Notes: generated by a model not told the origin, from the sequence alone. A stretch of DNA of 64,000 bases from an uncultured Chitinophagaceae bacterium (GCA_964537475.1 CAZIBY010000002.1:209331-273330); one strand, 5' to 3'. Positions 38,073 to 47,926 are shown, numbered from the stretch's first letter. Made by a program: numbers and translations.

Positions 38073-38906
38073 ATGAAGAAAACGTTACTCCTCTCCTTTT
38101 TACTTTTAGTTACCCTATTTAGCCACGCTTCTGACACCCTTACCATCCGACAGGTCTTCAACTATAGCATAGGTGACACCTTTGAGTACAGGCAGATACG
38201 ATTTAATCAGTGCAGTGGAATGTATATTACCACTTATATGAAAAGGGTGGTAACTGGTAAGTCGTATAATACTACCCTGGATACTGTTTACTATCAGTAC
38301 GACCTTTCATTTTATGGCCCATACCAGTTTTCCGGCAATCAGCTATTCCCTGTCTCTTCATATGATACCATCGGCAGCCTGGATAGTTTGGATATACAGC
38401 TGACAGGTGGGCTCCCCGGGGGCTGTGGATCAGCTGTGCGTGACTCTTCGCTTTATTTTGATCACGTATCAGATAGTTTTGACATTAGCTGTTTTGAAAG
38501 TAGACATACAATAGTGTATACGGAAAGGCTCGGACTGACATATTACAACATGGTCGGAGGTGGCGATCCATGTGGCAATAATGGCAACCAATACAAATTG
38601 ATCCATTTTGGCAATGACTCCATCCGATACGATGCTCCATTAGGTTTATCTGACCCGGGCACGGCTACTTATCACGGTCTGTATCCCAATCCCGCCGCTG
38701 ATAAAGTATATGTCACACTACCCTCCTCCGGGGCTACCGGTTCTTATCTGGTCATTACCGATCTCTTTGCAAGGACCGTGTACCGCTCCGATATATTATC
38801 AGATCAAAATCCGATCGATATCTCCACACTCTCCTCAGGCCTCTACCTCTGGCGCCTCGAATCCGACCACGGCACCATCCAAACCGGTAAAATCGTGAAG
38901 CAATGA
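38073..38906 (+). CDS. T9SS-sorted secreted protein, tandem paralog 1 (short form)
   Basis: Signal peptide, then SDTLTIRQVFNYSIGDTFEY. C-terminal LYPNPA...DISTLSSGLYLWRL...GKIVKQ is a Por-secretion CTD pattern. Confidence 0.8.
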   Translation: MKKTLLLSFLLLVTLFSHASDTLTIRQVFNYSIGDTFEYRQIRFNQCSGMYITTYMKRVVTGKSYNTTLDTVYYQYDLSFYGPYQFSGNQLFPVSSYDTIGSLDSLDIQLTGGLPGGCGSAVRDSSLYFDHVSDSFDISCFESRHTIVYTERLGLTYYNMVGGGDPCGNNGNQYKLIHFGNDSIRYDAPLGLSDPGTATYHGLYPNPAADKVYVTLPSSGATGSYLVITDLFARTVYRSDILSDQNPIDISTLSSGLYLWRLESDHGTIQTGKIVKQ

Positions 38907-40366
38907 AGAAAAGCCTACTCTTATTCCTTTTGATTTTGACTACTCTGCTAGGCAAGGCATCAGATACTCTTACCTTTAGGCAAGTATTCAACTTTAATGT
39001 AGGTGATACATTTGACTATGTCCTCAACTATCAGACTTACGCGGGAGGCTCATCCTTAAACGGTAATACACAACAAAGGTTTGTGGTGAGTAGCTGGCAG
39101 CTTTCACCTGATCTGGACACTCTTGACTTCTATATGACCAGAGTATACCCACACTATGGTTTAGCCCATTTCAGATATACAAATTTGGATAGTTCTGTTT
39201 TATTCAATATCGTTTGGCAGAGCCATCCATATACGTTTGACACCGCCTCTATTTGGAATGCAAGAATCAACAATATAAGATATCAGTTGAATCCATTGCA
39301 TAGCTATACAAACTCGACCACCTCATATGTAGCGGGAATGGGCAAGTATAGCGAGGAATATCAATCCACCAACCAGCTACCGGACGGTACCTGGAATAGC
39401 TATAAGTATAGAAAGACACTGATTTACTATCACGGCACTGGCAGGCCACTTGGAAACCCTTATTACACCTCGTCATATACATATACCCCTCACTACACAC
39501 CTATACCAGAAGAATGTGCCATATGGAATTATAACCTTACAAATTTTGATGTAACACCTTATGTCCAAACTATGGCTCAGATGAGAACCGGTAGCCGGAT
39601 TTCAATTGGCGGTCATTTCTATTCTGAGTTGCTTTATAGATATTTTGATCCTGCTTCAGGATTTTTATCGGACGATACGCTGAGAGGATATTTTCGCAAT
39701 GACACTGCTAGAAAAATGGTATTGTTCAGACAAACTATTTCAGATACAGATGTGACGATCTATGATTTCAATAAAGGCTTCATAGACACATTACTGCCAT
39801 ATTATGTACAGGATATAAATTCGGTGAATGTGTCAGGAAGGTCTCTGACCAGGTGGAGTGAGGAAAATGTCAATACATCCACGCCATATGTTTTCTCATA
39901 TCATACATTCATCGAAGGTATAGGCTCTGAAGATAATTTTCTGCACATACCAAGGCCCTGGTTTCCGCACCAGGCATATTGGCTGGGAGGAAGTGGCCCC
40001 GGCTATGCAAACCGAAGCACAATCACACTCACATCCTTTTGCGTATGCGGACAGGCGAAATACCCAGATACCACCAATGCGTCAGGATGCAGACTTCTCA
40101 CCGGTTTAGAATCTATCACTAGCCAACAGATGGCAACACTATATCCGAATCCGCTAAATGACAAGTTCTTTCTCAATCTGCATGACCTCGCTGGCCCGAG
40201 CACTTTGACGTTGACAGATCTAGTGGGTATGGAGTGGTACAAAGCGTCTATTTTAAAGAATGAAACTACCCACGACATCTCCACCCTACCTGTAGGCATC
40301 TATTTTTGGGCGCTAGAGGATAAGAATAGTCAAATCATCCAAACAGGCAAAATCGTGAAGCAATGA
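38903..40366 (+). CDS. T9SS-sorted secreted protein, tandem paralog 2 (long form)
   Basis: ATGA-coupled to paralog 1. Carries SDTLTFRQVFNFNVGDTFDY and a C-terminal LYPNPL...DISTLPVGIYFW...GKIVKQ. Confidence 0.8.
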   Translation: MKKSLLLFLLILTTLLGKASDTLTFRQVFNFNVGDTFDYVLNYQTYAGGSSLNGNTQQRFVVSSWQLSPDLDTLDFYMTRVYPHYGLAHFRYTNLDSSVLFNIVWQSHPYTFDTASIWNARINNIRYQLNPLHSYTNSTTSYVAGMGKYSEEYQSTNQLPDGTWNSYKYRKTLIYYHGTGRPLGNPYYTSSYTYTPHYTPIPEECAIWNYNLTNFDVTPYVQTMAQMRTGSRISIGGHFYSELLYRYFDPASGFLSDDTLRGYFRNDTARKMVLFRQTISDTDVTIYDFNKGFIDTLLPYYVQDINSVNVSGRSLTRWSEENVNTSTPYVFSYHTFIEGIGSEDNFLHIPRPWFPHQAYWLGGSGPGYANRSTITLTSFCVCGQAKYPDTTNASGCRLLTGLESITSQQMATLYPNPLNDKFFLNLHDLAGPSTLTLTDLVGMEWYKASILKNETTHDISTLPVGIYFWALEDKNSQIIQTGKIVKQ

Positions 40367-41781
40367 GGAAGGTTTTATTACTATCATATCTCGCAGTCAT
40401 CTGCTCGGTTGCAAGGGCCTCTGACACACTCACCGTACGGCAGGTATTTAATTTTGACGTGGGAGATACTTTTGACTATCGGGAGTACATCTATTCTACA
40501 GATATTGGCGTTTCCTCAGTTAGTTATTACCGTCATATCGTGACACAAAAAAATTACAGCGCCAGTGGTGACACGTTGTACTTTACCTACTACGATCCTG
40601 ATCATGGTTATTCATTTGATACGATCACAGATCTCGATAGCAACGCGATTTTTCAAATACCCAACATATACACGTCCTGCAATATGTTCTATACGATCGA
40701 CACCGGCACATTTCTTCGCATGCCATGCAATTCTTTAGATATATCATGTTTCGAATCCGGTGGCCGGGATATAGTGGCTAGTGGCCTGGGCCGGGTGAGA
40801 CACGATCGCTCATCTATCGGTTCATCCGGACAGGGCTCTGATGCTTCGGGTTGGGAGCTTATTTACTATGCTAATGATAGCATGCAGGCCGGCACCCCGT
40901 ATTATATAGCCAATGGCAGCACACTGGCTGAATACTTTATGCCATTACCGGAGCGCTGCGCCATGTGGACGAGGACAGTCACCGGCAGCTATTCGCCCAC
41001 CTCACCCGTTACAGCTACTGTAGTGGAGCAGATCCGTACAGATAGTATTACTCGCTGGGCAGGCCACAATTTAGTTTCACTGCTCGCCAGGATAGATAAT
41101 GGCTTTACGGGACATCTGACACAGGATTCCTTTATAGGATATTTCTACAATGATACATTGCACCGGCGAGCCTATTTTTTGACAGACACTTCCGCTGCGC
41201 CGCAGACTATCTACGACCTGTCACTGTATAATGGCTATCCGCAGGGTAGTTGTGGCTACATTTATTTGGATACTGTACAGCTGGGCGGTGTGGCCCGCCT
41301 GAGAGCTTACACTGTAGATGCACCGGTGATAGGCTACAATAGCAGCTCCTGCTGCAACTCTGTCATAGCTGGTATAGGCTCGTTGCATGGCCTCTTGCCT
41401 ATCACGCATTTGTATAACTATTATAATGGTCCTACCTGTGGACAATTGACTGATTTTTGCCTTTGCGGGGAGCACATCTATGGAGACTCTACCTACTCTT
41501 CTTGCCGGCTGCTCACCGGTATCACTTCTCCTTCCTCCTCTCCGGCTATTCAGCTCTATCCCAATCCCGCTGCAGGCAGGATCCACATCTCGTATCCGGA
41601 GGCTATGGCATACGGAGCAACACTTCTGATCACCAATATACTAGGGCAGCCGGTATACACCAGCCACATCACAGTTGATGAAAGTACGCATGATATTAGT
41701 ACGTTACTAGCGGGTCTTTATCTTTGGCGCATAGAATCCCCGACAGGCACCATCCGGTCCGGCAAGCTCATCAAAGAATGA
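40363..41781 (+). CDS. T9SS-sorted secreted protein, tandem paralog 3 (long form)
   Basis: ATGA-coupled. Carries SDTLTVRQVFNFDVGDTFDY and a C-terminal LYPNPA...DISTLLAGLYLW...GKLIKE. Confidence 0.8.
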   Translation: MRKVLLLSYLAVICSVARASDTLTVRQVFNFDVGDTFDYREYIYSTDIGVSSVSYYRHIVTQKNYSASGDTLYFTYYDPDHGYSFDTITDLDSNAIFQIPNIYTSCNMFYTIDTGTFLRMPCNSLDISCFESGGRDIVASGLGRVRHDRSSIGSSGQGSDASGWELIYYANDSMQAGTPYYIANGSTLAEYFMPLPERCAMWTRTVTGSYSPTSPVTATVVEQIRTDSITRWAGHNLVSLLARIDNGFTGHLTQDSFIGYFYNDTLHRRAYFLTDTSAAPQTIYDLSLYNGYPQGSCGYIYLDTVQLGGVARLRAYTVDAPVIGYNSSSCCNSVIAGIGSLHGLLPITHLYNYYNGPTCGQLTDFCLCGEHIYGDSTYSSCRLLTGITSPSSSPAIQLYPNPAAGRIHISYPEAMAYGATLLITNILGQPVYTSHITVDESTHDISTLLAGLYLWRIESPTGTIRSGKLIKE

Positions 41782-42563
41782 AGAAATATCTACTATCCAT
41801 CTTACTCTTACTATCCTTATCCGGTGTCAAAGCCCTGGATACCCTTACCATTCGCCAGATATATGATTTTGACCCCGGTGACACTTTTCAATATCACATC
41901 CTGAGCTATGGCGTGCTATACAGCAATCCTACATCATCGCTTTTCACCATGGTGATCACTGGCCGCTGGACATCTACCGGGCTAGATACCATCTACTATG
42001 CACGTGAGCGGGACGGCATGGCAGACACTATATTCTACACCGACCTCGACACTAAGATCAGCCTCACAGATACACCGTCACAGTATTGCCCCTGCTTCCG
42101 TCAGTTTCGTTCGGATACGGCCTGTGGCGGCACTAGAAACGATATCTTCTGGAGCAATGGCGGAGACTACTTTGACTATGTCTATATATCAGGGCTGGGA
42201 CGCGTAGTAGGGGCCTATGGCAGAGATGACGGCCGCCAGACCGATACGTCACTCAACTCGTATGTCAAAGCCAATCGCCGGGGACAGACTCCCTACTACT
42301 ATACAGGTGTGGCGGATATACCCGGCGCTCGTATCAGTCTCTATCCCTCACCGGCCACGGTGCAGGTGCGCCTGACCTATCCTGATATATCCGGCGCGGC
42401 GCGCTTCTGTATCTACGATGCACTGGGCCGCAGTGTATATGAGCAGCCTCTGTCGCAGGCTGAGTCAGTCCACGGCATCAGAGGTTTGCCGCCGGGTGTG
42501 TACCAGTGGCAGGTATGTGATATGAAAGGATGGTGCCGGTCTGGACGCCTGATCAAAGAATGA
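41778..42563 (+). CDS. T9SS-sorted secreted protein, tandem paralog 4 (short form)
   Basis: ATGA-coupled start MKKYLLSILL at 41778. Carries LDTLTIRQIYDFDPGDTFQY and a C-terminal LYPSPA...GLPPGVYQW...GRLIKE. Confidence 0.75.
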   Translation: MKKYLLSILLLLSLSGVKALDTLTIRQIYDFDPGDTFQYHILSYGVLYSNPTSSLFTMVITGRWTSTGLDTIYYARERDGMADTIFYTDLDTKISLTDTPSQYCPCFRQFRSDTACGGTRNDIFWSNGGDYFDYVYISGLGRVVGAYGRDDGRQTDTSLNSYVKANRRGQTPYYYTGVADIPGARISLYPSPATVQVRLTYPDISGAARFCIYDALGRSVYEQPLSQAESVHGIRGLPPGVYQWQVCDMKGWCRSGRLIKE

Positions 42564-43058
42564 TCAGCGCGTCATGTACTTGATATTGGCACCGTACATG
42601 GCCACAAAGGCACCGCCGATAATAGCGCCTGCTATCGCTCCGATCAGGCCCAGCCCCCCTGAGCCAAACAGAAGCAACGGGCCAATGATACTGATCACGA
42701 TGCCGGCTATATAGATATAAAAGCCGTTTTTGCGCAGTGTAAACATCAGCACGGCACCCGCCAGGGTAAAGATGGAGGATATGATAGATACTATATCACC
42801 ACGGCGGATATCATCAGCAGACATACTCAGCCCACTCACGGCAAACTTCATAAATCCGGAAGGCTCTTTGTCTCCCATCTGGTCTTCCATCTTTTCCAGT
42901 GCCTGATGGTTTTCGGCAGCTTTATTTTCTGCGGTCACATATCCATAGGCGGCTCCGAGTATGCCCCATCCGCCACCCAGAAAGCTCAATATGCAGATCA
43001 CTGTCAGAAAAGTGCTCCTGCCGGCAGGCGGCGTCGGTGTGTCGTATGTATCATCCAT
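42564..43058 (-). CDS. small membrane protein, function unknown
   Basis: Start MDDTYDTP at 43058. Gly-rich TM helices. Its stop codon abuts the stop of paralog 4 with zero spacer. Confidence 0.5.
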   Translation of the reverse strand: MDDTYDTPTPPAGRSTFLTVICILSFLGGGWGILGAAYGYVTAENKAAENHQALEKMEDQMGDKEPSGFMKFAVSGLSMSADDIRRGDIVSIISSIFTLAGAVLMFTLRKNGFYIYIAGIVISIIGPLLLFGSGGLGLIGAIAGAIIGGAFVAMYGANIKYMTR

Positions 43059-43148
43059 CTGTGTTGGTTTTGTATAAAGGTGACAATACTCAGGGATAAA
43101 ACCAAACATCCATGCACCCGGCTGCTATAGGTTACAGATTTCTGGCTT

Positions 43149-43700
43149 ATGTTTGCGGCCATGTGGCAGCGCACATTTCTATACCGGGTCTGGCAGCGGG
43201 ATAAAGTCCTCGCGTCATTCTTTGCGCTCTTCATCCTTGGCCAGGTTTTCTTCACGTACAAAGGCGTGGAGAATACACCCTTCTGGCACTATGGCATGTA
43301 CTCTGCGCCTCACCACGAGCAGCCATCCTACCCCGTCTATCGCATAGAGGTGGGGCACCATCCCGTATTATCAGGCAGCTTCTTTGAGCAGCAGCGCGAG
43401 ATAGTGTACAATACTATCGCCGCCTATGACGGGCTGCAGCAGATGCAGTGGCATGACTCCCTTGACCGCGTCATCTCACATCGCTTTAGCGGCAGCACAG
43501 CAGCGCACCTCCGTACTGCCCTGCTCAATAACTCCCAAATGGATACTCCCTATCAGAAGTGGCTCTTCTCCTACATAGCAGATATGCGTATGATAGAGGA
43601 TCCCACGCTCTCGGTATCCCGCGCCACGGTGAGCTACGGCCCGGACGGCACACTGCATACAGACAGTACCCACACTTTATTTACCCTGCGCAATGACTAG
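43149..43700 (+). CDS. hypothetical protein (N-terminal TM anchor)
   Basis: 183-aa ORF overlapping the next gene by 8 nt. Confidence 0.5.
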   Translation: MFAAMWQRTFLYRVWQRDKVLASFFALFILGQVFFTYKGVENTPFWHYGMYSAPHHEQPSYPVYRIEVGHHPVLSGSFFEQQREIVYNTIAAYDGLQQMQWHDSLDRVISHRFSGSTAAHLRTALLNNSQMDTPYQKWLFSYIADMRMIEDPTLSVSRATVSYGPDGTLHTDSTHTLFTLRND

Positions 43701-44514
43701 TACCACACAGGCACAGATAGACCTCCGCGCCCGGTACTTCTACCTGGGCAGTGCAGCCGTGCTGATACTGGGCTTTGTCTCCAGCGCACTCCTGTCGCAG
43801 CTATCGCGCCCCGTACTGATAGACCCGGGCATAGACAATACATACTGGCTCATGCACTGGCCGGGTGTGCCCGGTGCGGTCACACATTCTATCCTGTGGG
43901 CGCCGGTGCTCGACCTCGTGCTGTTCTTCTCGGCCCTGGCCGCAGCAGCCTTATCACCACGGCGCACGTATGCCATTGTATTTTCTGTACTGCTCTTCAT
44001 CTGGCATATCACCCTGTCTACATACTCCATGCATCACTACCATACCCTCGTAGGTATGCTGGTGCTCAGTGTGCCATTCTGGTTTGGGCAGGGGGAGCGC
44101 TTCACTTTTCTATGGGAGGCCGCGCGGTATTATTTCTTCTTCATGTTTGCATCTGCCGGCCTGTGGAAGCTGACCCGCGGGGCCATTTTCGACCCGCATC
44201 AGATGGTAGCTATTCTCAAAGCGCAGCACGCTCAGTACCTCTACGATTACCCTGACGGCCTCTTCGCTCCACTCTATACTTACCTCATCTCACACGCAGG
44301 CCTCTCACAGTCATTGCTGATCAGCATGATGCTTATCCAGCTCAGTTTTCTCGGAGGTTTCTTTACCAAAAGGCTGGACCGCATCTATCTGTACCTATTC
44401 ATTTTCTTCGTGATCATAAACTATCTAGTGATGCACATCTCCTCCCTGCCACTGCTGGTCTTCGTACTAGTACTTATAGATTGGGACAGGGTCGCCCAAA
44501 AGCAATCCTCATAG
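43693..44514 (+). CDS. polytopic membrane protein, function unknown
   Basis: 273 aa with several hydrophobic helices. Coupled to the preceding ORF. Confidence 0.55.
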   Translation: MTSTTQAQIDLRARYFYLGSAAVLILGFVSSALLSQLSRPVLIDPGIDNTYWLMHWPGVPGAVTHSILWAPVLDLVLFFSALAAAALSPRRTYAIVFSVLLFIWHITLSTYSMHHYHTLVGMLVLSVPFWFGQGERFTFLWEAARYYFFFMFASAGLWKLTRGAIFDPHQMVAILKAQHAQYLYDYPDGLFAPLYTYLISHAGLSQSLLISMMLIQLSFLGGFFTKRLDRIYLYLFIFFVIINYLVMHISSLPLLVFVLVLIDWDRVAQKQSS

Positions 44515-44669
44515 TTCGTATCTGGCATGCCATTGATGTCTAAATGTGTACGGATATTTCTTGGCGGAATTTATCTCAAAATTGCATTTCTGTTCACACT
44601 GTATTCATTCTGAATTATTCATAGCATTCTGAAAATTCTGATCTATCTTGCCCCACAAAAATCGACAAT

Positions 44670-46061
44670 ATGCAATATGACCTTTTAGTTTTAGGTAGTG
44701 GGCCGGGTGGCTATGTGGCAGCGATACGTGCAGCGCAGCTCGGCATGAAAGTAGGCGTGGTAGAGCGCGAAAACCTAGGCGGTATCTGCCTCAACTGGGG
44801 CTGCATCCCGACCAAGGCCCTGCTCAAGAGCGCACAGGTATTTGACTATATATCTCACGCGGCAGACTATGGTATCACTGTGGGCAATGCCAAGTCTGAC
44901 TTCCCGGCTATCATCAAGCGGAGCCGCGGGGTGGCAGAGGGCATGAGCAAGGGCATCCAGTTCCTCTTCAAGAAGAATAAGATAGAGGCCATCATGGGCA
45001 ATGGTGTGCTGAAAAAAGGCGGTAAAATAGAAGTGACAGATGCCTCCGGCAAGAAGGCAGAGCACAGCGCCAAACACATCATCATCGCCACCGGTGGCCG
45101 CAGCCGCGAGCTGCCAAACGTAAAGCAGGATGGCAAGAAGATCTTTGGCTACCGAGAGGCGATGAACCTCCCCTCTCAGCCGGCCTCTCTGGTAGTGATG
45201 GGCTCCGGCGCCATCGGTATGGAGTTTGCCTATTTCTATGCCACACTAGGTACCAAGGTGACGGTGGTAGAGTTTATGGACCGCATCCTCCCGCGCGAAG
45301 ATGAAGACGTGTCAAAGGAGATGCTGAAGATCATGAAGAAGAAAGGCATCGAGTTTATGGTAGGCACTTCTGTAGAGGCCGTAGATACCAAGGGTAAGGG
45401 CTGTATCGTTTCTACCAAAGATAAAGCCGGCGCTACCGGCAAAATAGAGTGTGACGCCGTCCTCTCTGCAGTAGGTATCTCTACCAATCTCGAAGGCATA
45501 GGCCTGGAGGAGGTAGGCATCAAGACAGACAAAGGCGTCATCATCACTGACGACTTTTACGCTACCAACGTACCTGGCTACTACGCCATCGGCGATGTGG
45601 TGAAGGGTCCTGCCCTAGCCCACGTGGCCAGCGCAGAGGGCATCACCTGCGTGGAGAAAATAGCAGGCGTCCACACCGATGCGATAGACTACAATAACAT
45701 CCCGAGCTGCACCTATACCTGGCCGGAAGTAGCCTCCGTAGGCTACACCGAGGCCGAGGCCAAAGCCAAAGGCTACGAGGTCAAGGTGGGCAAGTTCCCG
45801 TTCTCAGCCTCCGGCAAAGCCTCTGCGGCAGGTGCCAAGGACGGCTTCGTAAAAGTGATCTTTGACGCCAAATACGGTGAGTGGCTCGGCGCACACATGG
45901 TCGGCGCCAATGTGACTGAGATGATAGCCGAGGTAGTGGCTGCCCGCCGTCTCGAGACCACCGGCCACGAGATCATCAAGTCTATCCACCCGCACCCTAC
46001 CATGAGCGAGGCTGTGATGGAGGCTACCGCCGCAGCGTTTGGTGAGGTGATACATTTGTAA
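44670..46061 (+). CDS. lpdA: dihydrolipoyl dehydrogenase
   Basis: 'GSGPGGYVAAIRAAQLG', the redox-active 'GGICLNWGCIPTK' motif, and the C-terminal 'HPHPTMSE'. Confidence 0.96.
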   Translation: MQYDLLVLGSGPGGYVAAIRAAQLGMKVGVVERENLGGICLNWGCIPTKALLKSAQVFDYISHAADYGITVGNAKSDFPAIIKRSRGVAEGMSKGIQFLFKKNKIEAIMGNGVLKKGGKIEVTDASGKKAEHSAKHIIIATGGRSRELPNVKQDGKKIFGYREAMNLPSQPASLVVMGSGAIGMEFAYFYATLGTKVTVVEFMDRILPREDEDVSKEMLKIMKKKGIEFMVGTSVEAVDTKGKGCIVSTKDKAGATGKIECDAVLSAVGISTNLEGIGLEEVGIKTDKGVIITDDFYATNVPGYYAIGDVVKGPALAHVASAEGITCVEKIAGVHTDAIDYNNIPSCTYTWPEVASVGYTEAEAKAKGYEVKVGKFPFSASGKASAAGAKDGFVKVIFDAKYGEWLGAHMVGANVTEMIAEVVAARRLETTGHEIIKSIHPHPTMSEAVMEATAAAFGEVIHL

Positions 46062-46095
46062 ATTCGGAGCAAAAACCTATATTTGCGCTCCCTCT

Positions 46096-46169
<74 letters not shown>

Positions 46170-46176
46170 CGATAGA

Positions 46177-46206
46177 GAAGCCACCTTTTAGGTGGCTTTT
46201 TTGTTT
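46177..46206 (+). terminator. intrinsic terminator after the tRNA
   Basis: aagccacct-tttt-aggtggctt hairpin followed by tttttg. Confidence 0.65.
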
Positions 46207-47900
46207 TATGACACAACTCATATTGATTCTTAGAAGCAACAAGATTAAAGGTTTTTAATGCCAGTCAGAATTAAGAACGTCAGTTTGGGATCTATTACTA
46301 CATAATCCTTAATTCCTGCCACTATATTATCGGAGTCTTTAACCAAGCCGTAGTCCTTATAAATCTTAATATAATTAATTGCTGATTGCTGGCTAAATTT
46401 AAATTCATTTACTAAATCAGTAGTACGAAAGTGTGTCCGTCCTACTCTCAAAATCCTATTTGCAATTGAGATTATGTCCTCTTTCGTACCGCGTCGAGAA
46501 GGAAATATCGAATAATAGTCATAGGTTTTACAATAATTTACTTTGCCGGTAGAAACTGAATGCGAAGACAGATTCTTTCGATTAGAGTCTTCAATAGCCT
46601 GCTCGTCTAATATAATAGAAAACAAGCGTATTAAGTCTCGTGGGGATTTATAGGCCAATTCAATAAGACCATCTAAATCTTTTCCAGCTTCAAATAGTTG
46701 ATTACTGTCATAGGAGTGATTTTGAGAAAAATAATCCAAACGCTTTTTCAGAATATTTTTAATATCGTCATTAGTCCAGTTTATATCTATAGGCTTGAAC
46801 TTATCAAATCTTACACCTTTAGCATTCAATTCAATTTTCACCTCTGTCCAAATACTAAATACGAGGGAGATATTATTTAAATAAAGTAAGCTAGTATCCT
46901 TCAATATTTCTTCAGTAAAATCTACAATTTTATTAATCTTCCCCTCTAACAATTTAAATTCATCAATCTTATCCAAAAAGATTACTGTAGTTGAAAAACC
47001 TGAACGTTGAATAATCCCTACTAAATCCAATAAAATATCCTTTAAAAGATTATAATTTCCAATCAGAACTTCTTCCTTCTCCTTATCTGGTAATGATTCT
47101 AAATTGATCTGAGGTAAATAATTCTTGTAAAAATTATCATTCGGCAGTTTGGGCAGATTTAAAGTTTTTGCAACAAAATCAGATCCAAGTTCTAAGCCAA
47201 CAGAAATTGCCCAATTTATCGGTTTATTGAATAGGTAATTATATATATTCTTGAAAGCATTTCTCGTTTTATAATTAGTGACCTTATTATAAGTCTCCTC
47301 GAATTCTCTTTTACTTATTGTCGTAAAAAAGTCCCTTATGATTAGTGCCAGTTTCTCTCTATCCGCTTTGGTTAAATTCTTAATTAATTGTTTGTTTTTA
47401 AAAATGCTAGCAACATATGATTTAAGCAAACTTTTGATAATCAGATGTAAGAGATAGCGATCATTGTTTTGAAGGGGGATACTATCATAGTTATCGACAA
47501 TCACACTAAAAATATTTTCATCGCTGAGCTTCTTATGCAATTCAAAAACTAAAGCAGACTTCCCACTTCCTCGCTCACCTAATATAAAGCGGCTAGCACC
47601 TGTTTTTAAATCATTGAGTAGGGAATCAAAGTACCTTGGCTTAACATATATGTGACTCAAATATTGAGTCTCTTCTTCGGCAGAATATTTTGAGAAAGGA
47701 TGTTGGGTAAAACCCAAATTCTGGTAAAGTTCAGGCATGGCTATAGGTTTTTATGAACTTAATATTAATAAATTCATTTTATATAATTCCTCCGTTGCTG
47801 GTCACAGGCTTTCCTCCTCCATGTTTCACTTTTTTTTCGGCTAACGATATAGTAAAGAAATCCGCTTCCCTACATACTTAGAAACGACCGCTTCCGTTTT
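46207..47900. other. AT-rich mini-island inserted between tRNA(CAT) and pbpC
   Basis: Base composition and codon usage change abruptly by eye (long A/T runs, AAA/AAT/ATT-rich codons) compared with lpdA and pbpC on either side. Confidence 0.6.
46245..47738 (-). CDS. orphan P-loop NTPase (ORC/Cdc6- or STAND-like AAA-type core) with a C-terminal winged-helix-like region
   Basis: 497 aa. Walker A 'GERGSGKS'; Walker B-like 'TVIFLDKIDEF'; lid-like 'YKSPRDLIRLFSIIL'. The C-terminal 'RTTDLVNEFKFSQQSAINYIKIYKDYGLV' looks like an HTH/wHTH. Confidence 0.7.
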   Translation of the reverse strand: MPELYQNLGFTQHPFSKYSAEEETQYLSHIYVKPRYFDSLLNDLKTGASRFILGERGSGKSALVFELHKKLSDENIFSVIVDNYDSIPLQNNDRYLLHLIIKSLLKSYVASIFKNKQLIKNLTKADREKLALIIRDFFTTISKREFEETYNKVTNYKTRNAFKNIYNYLFNKPINWAISVGLELGSDFVAKTLNLPKLPNDNFYKNYLPQINLESLPDKEKEEVLIGNYNLLKDILLDLVGIIQRSGFSTTVIFLDKIDEFKLLEGKINKIVDFTEEILKDTSLLYLNNISLVFSIWTEVKIELNAKGVRFDKFKPIDINWTNDDIKNILKKRLDYFSQNHSYDSNQLFEAGKDLDGLIELAYKSPRDLIRLFSIILDEQAIEDSNRKNLSSHSVSTGKVNYCKTYDYYSIFPSRRGTKEDIISIANRILRVGRTHFRTTDLVNEFKFSQQSAINYIKIYKDYGLVKDSDNIVAGIKDYVVIDPKLTFLILTGIKNL

Positions 47901-47926
47901 ATTCCTGATCTGTCTATCTTACCTGC

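Noticed and set aside
44600-44640. Repeated cattctgaa units upstream of lpdA.
   Set aside because: There are only two short (9-nt) copies in an AT-rich leader, which is insufficient to call a regulatory site.
47840-47857. Possible att-like direct repeat: gctaacgatatagtaaag at the far edge of the AT-rich island versus gctacgatagagaag just after the tRNA (46166-46180).
   Set aside because: The match is only about 14 nt with two indels and a mismatch. It does not include the tRNA 3' stem, and no integrase is present. It could easily arise by chance, so I list it only as something to test with an alignment.
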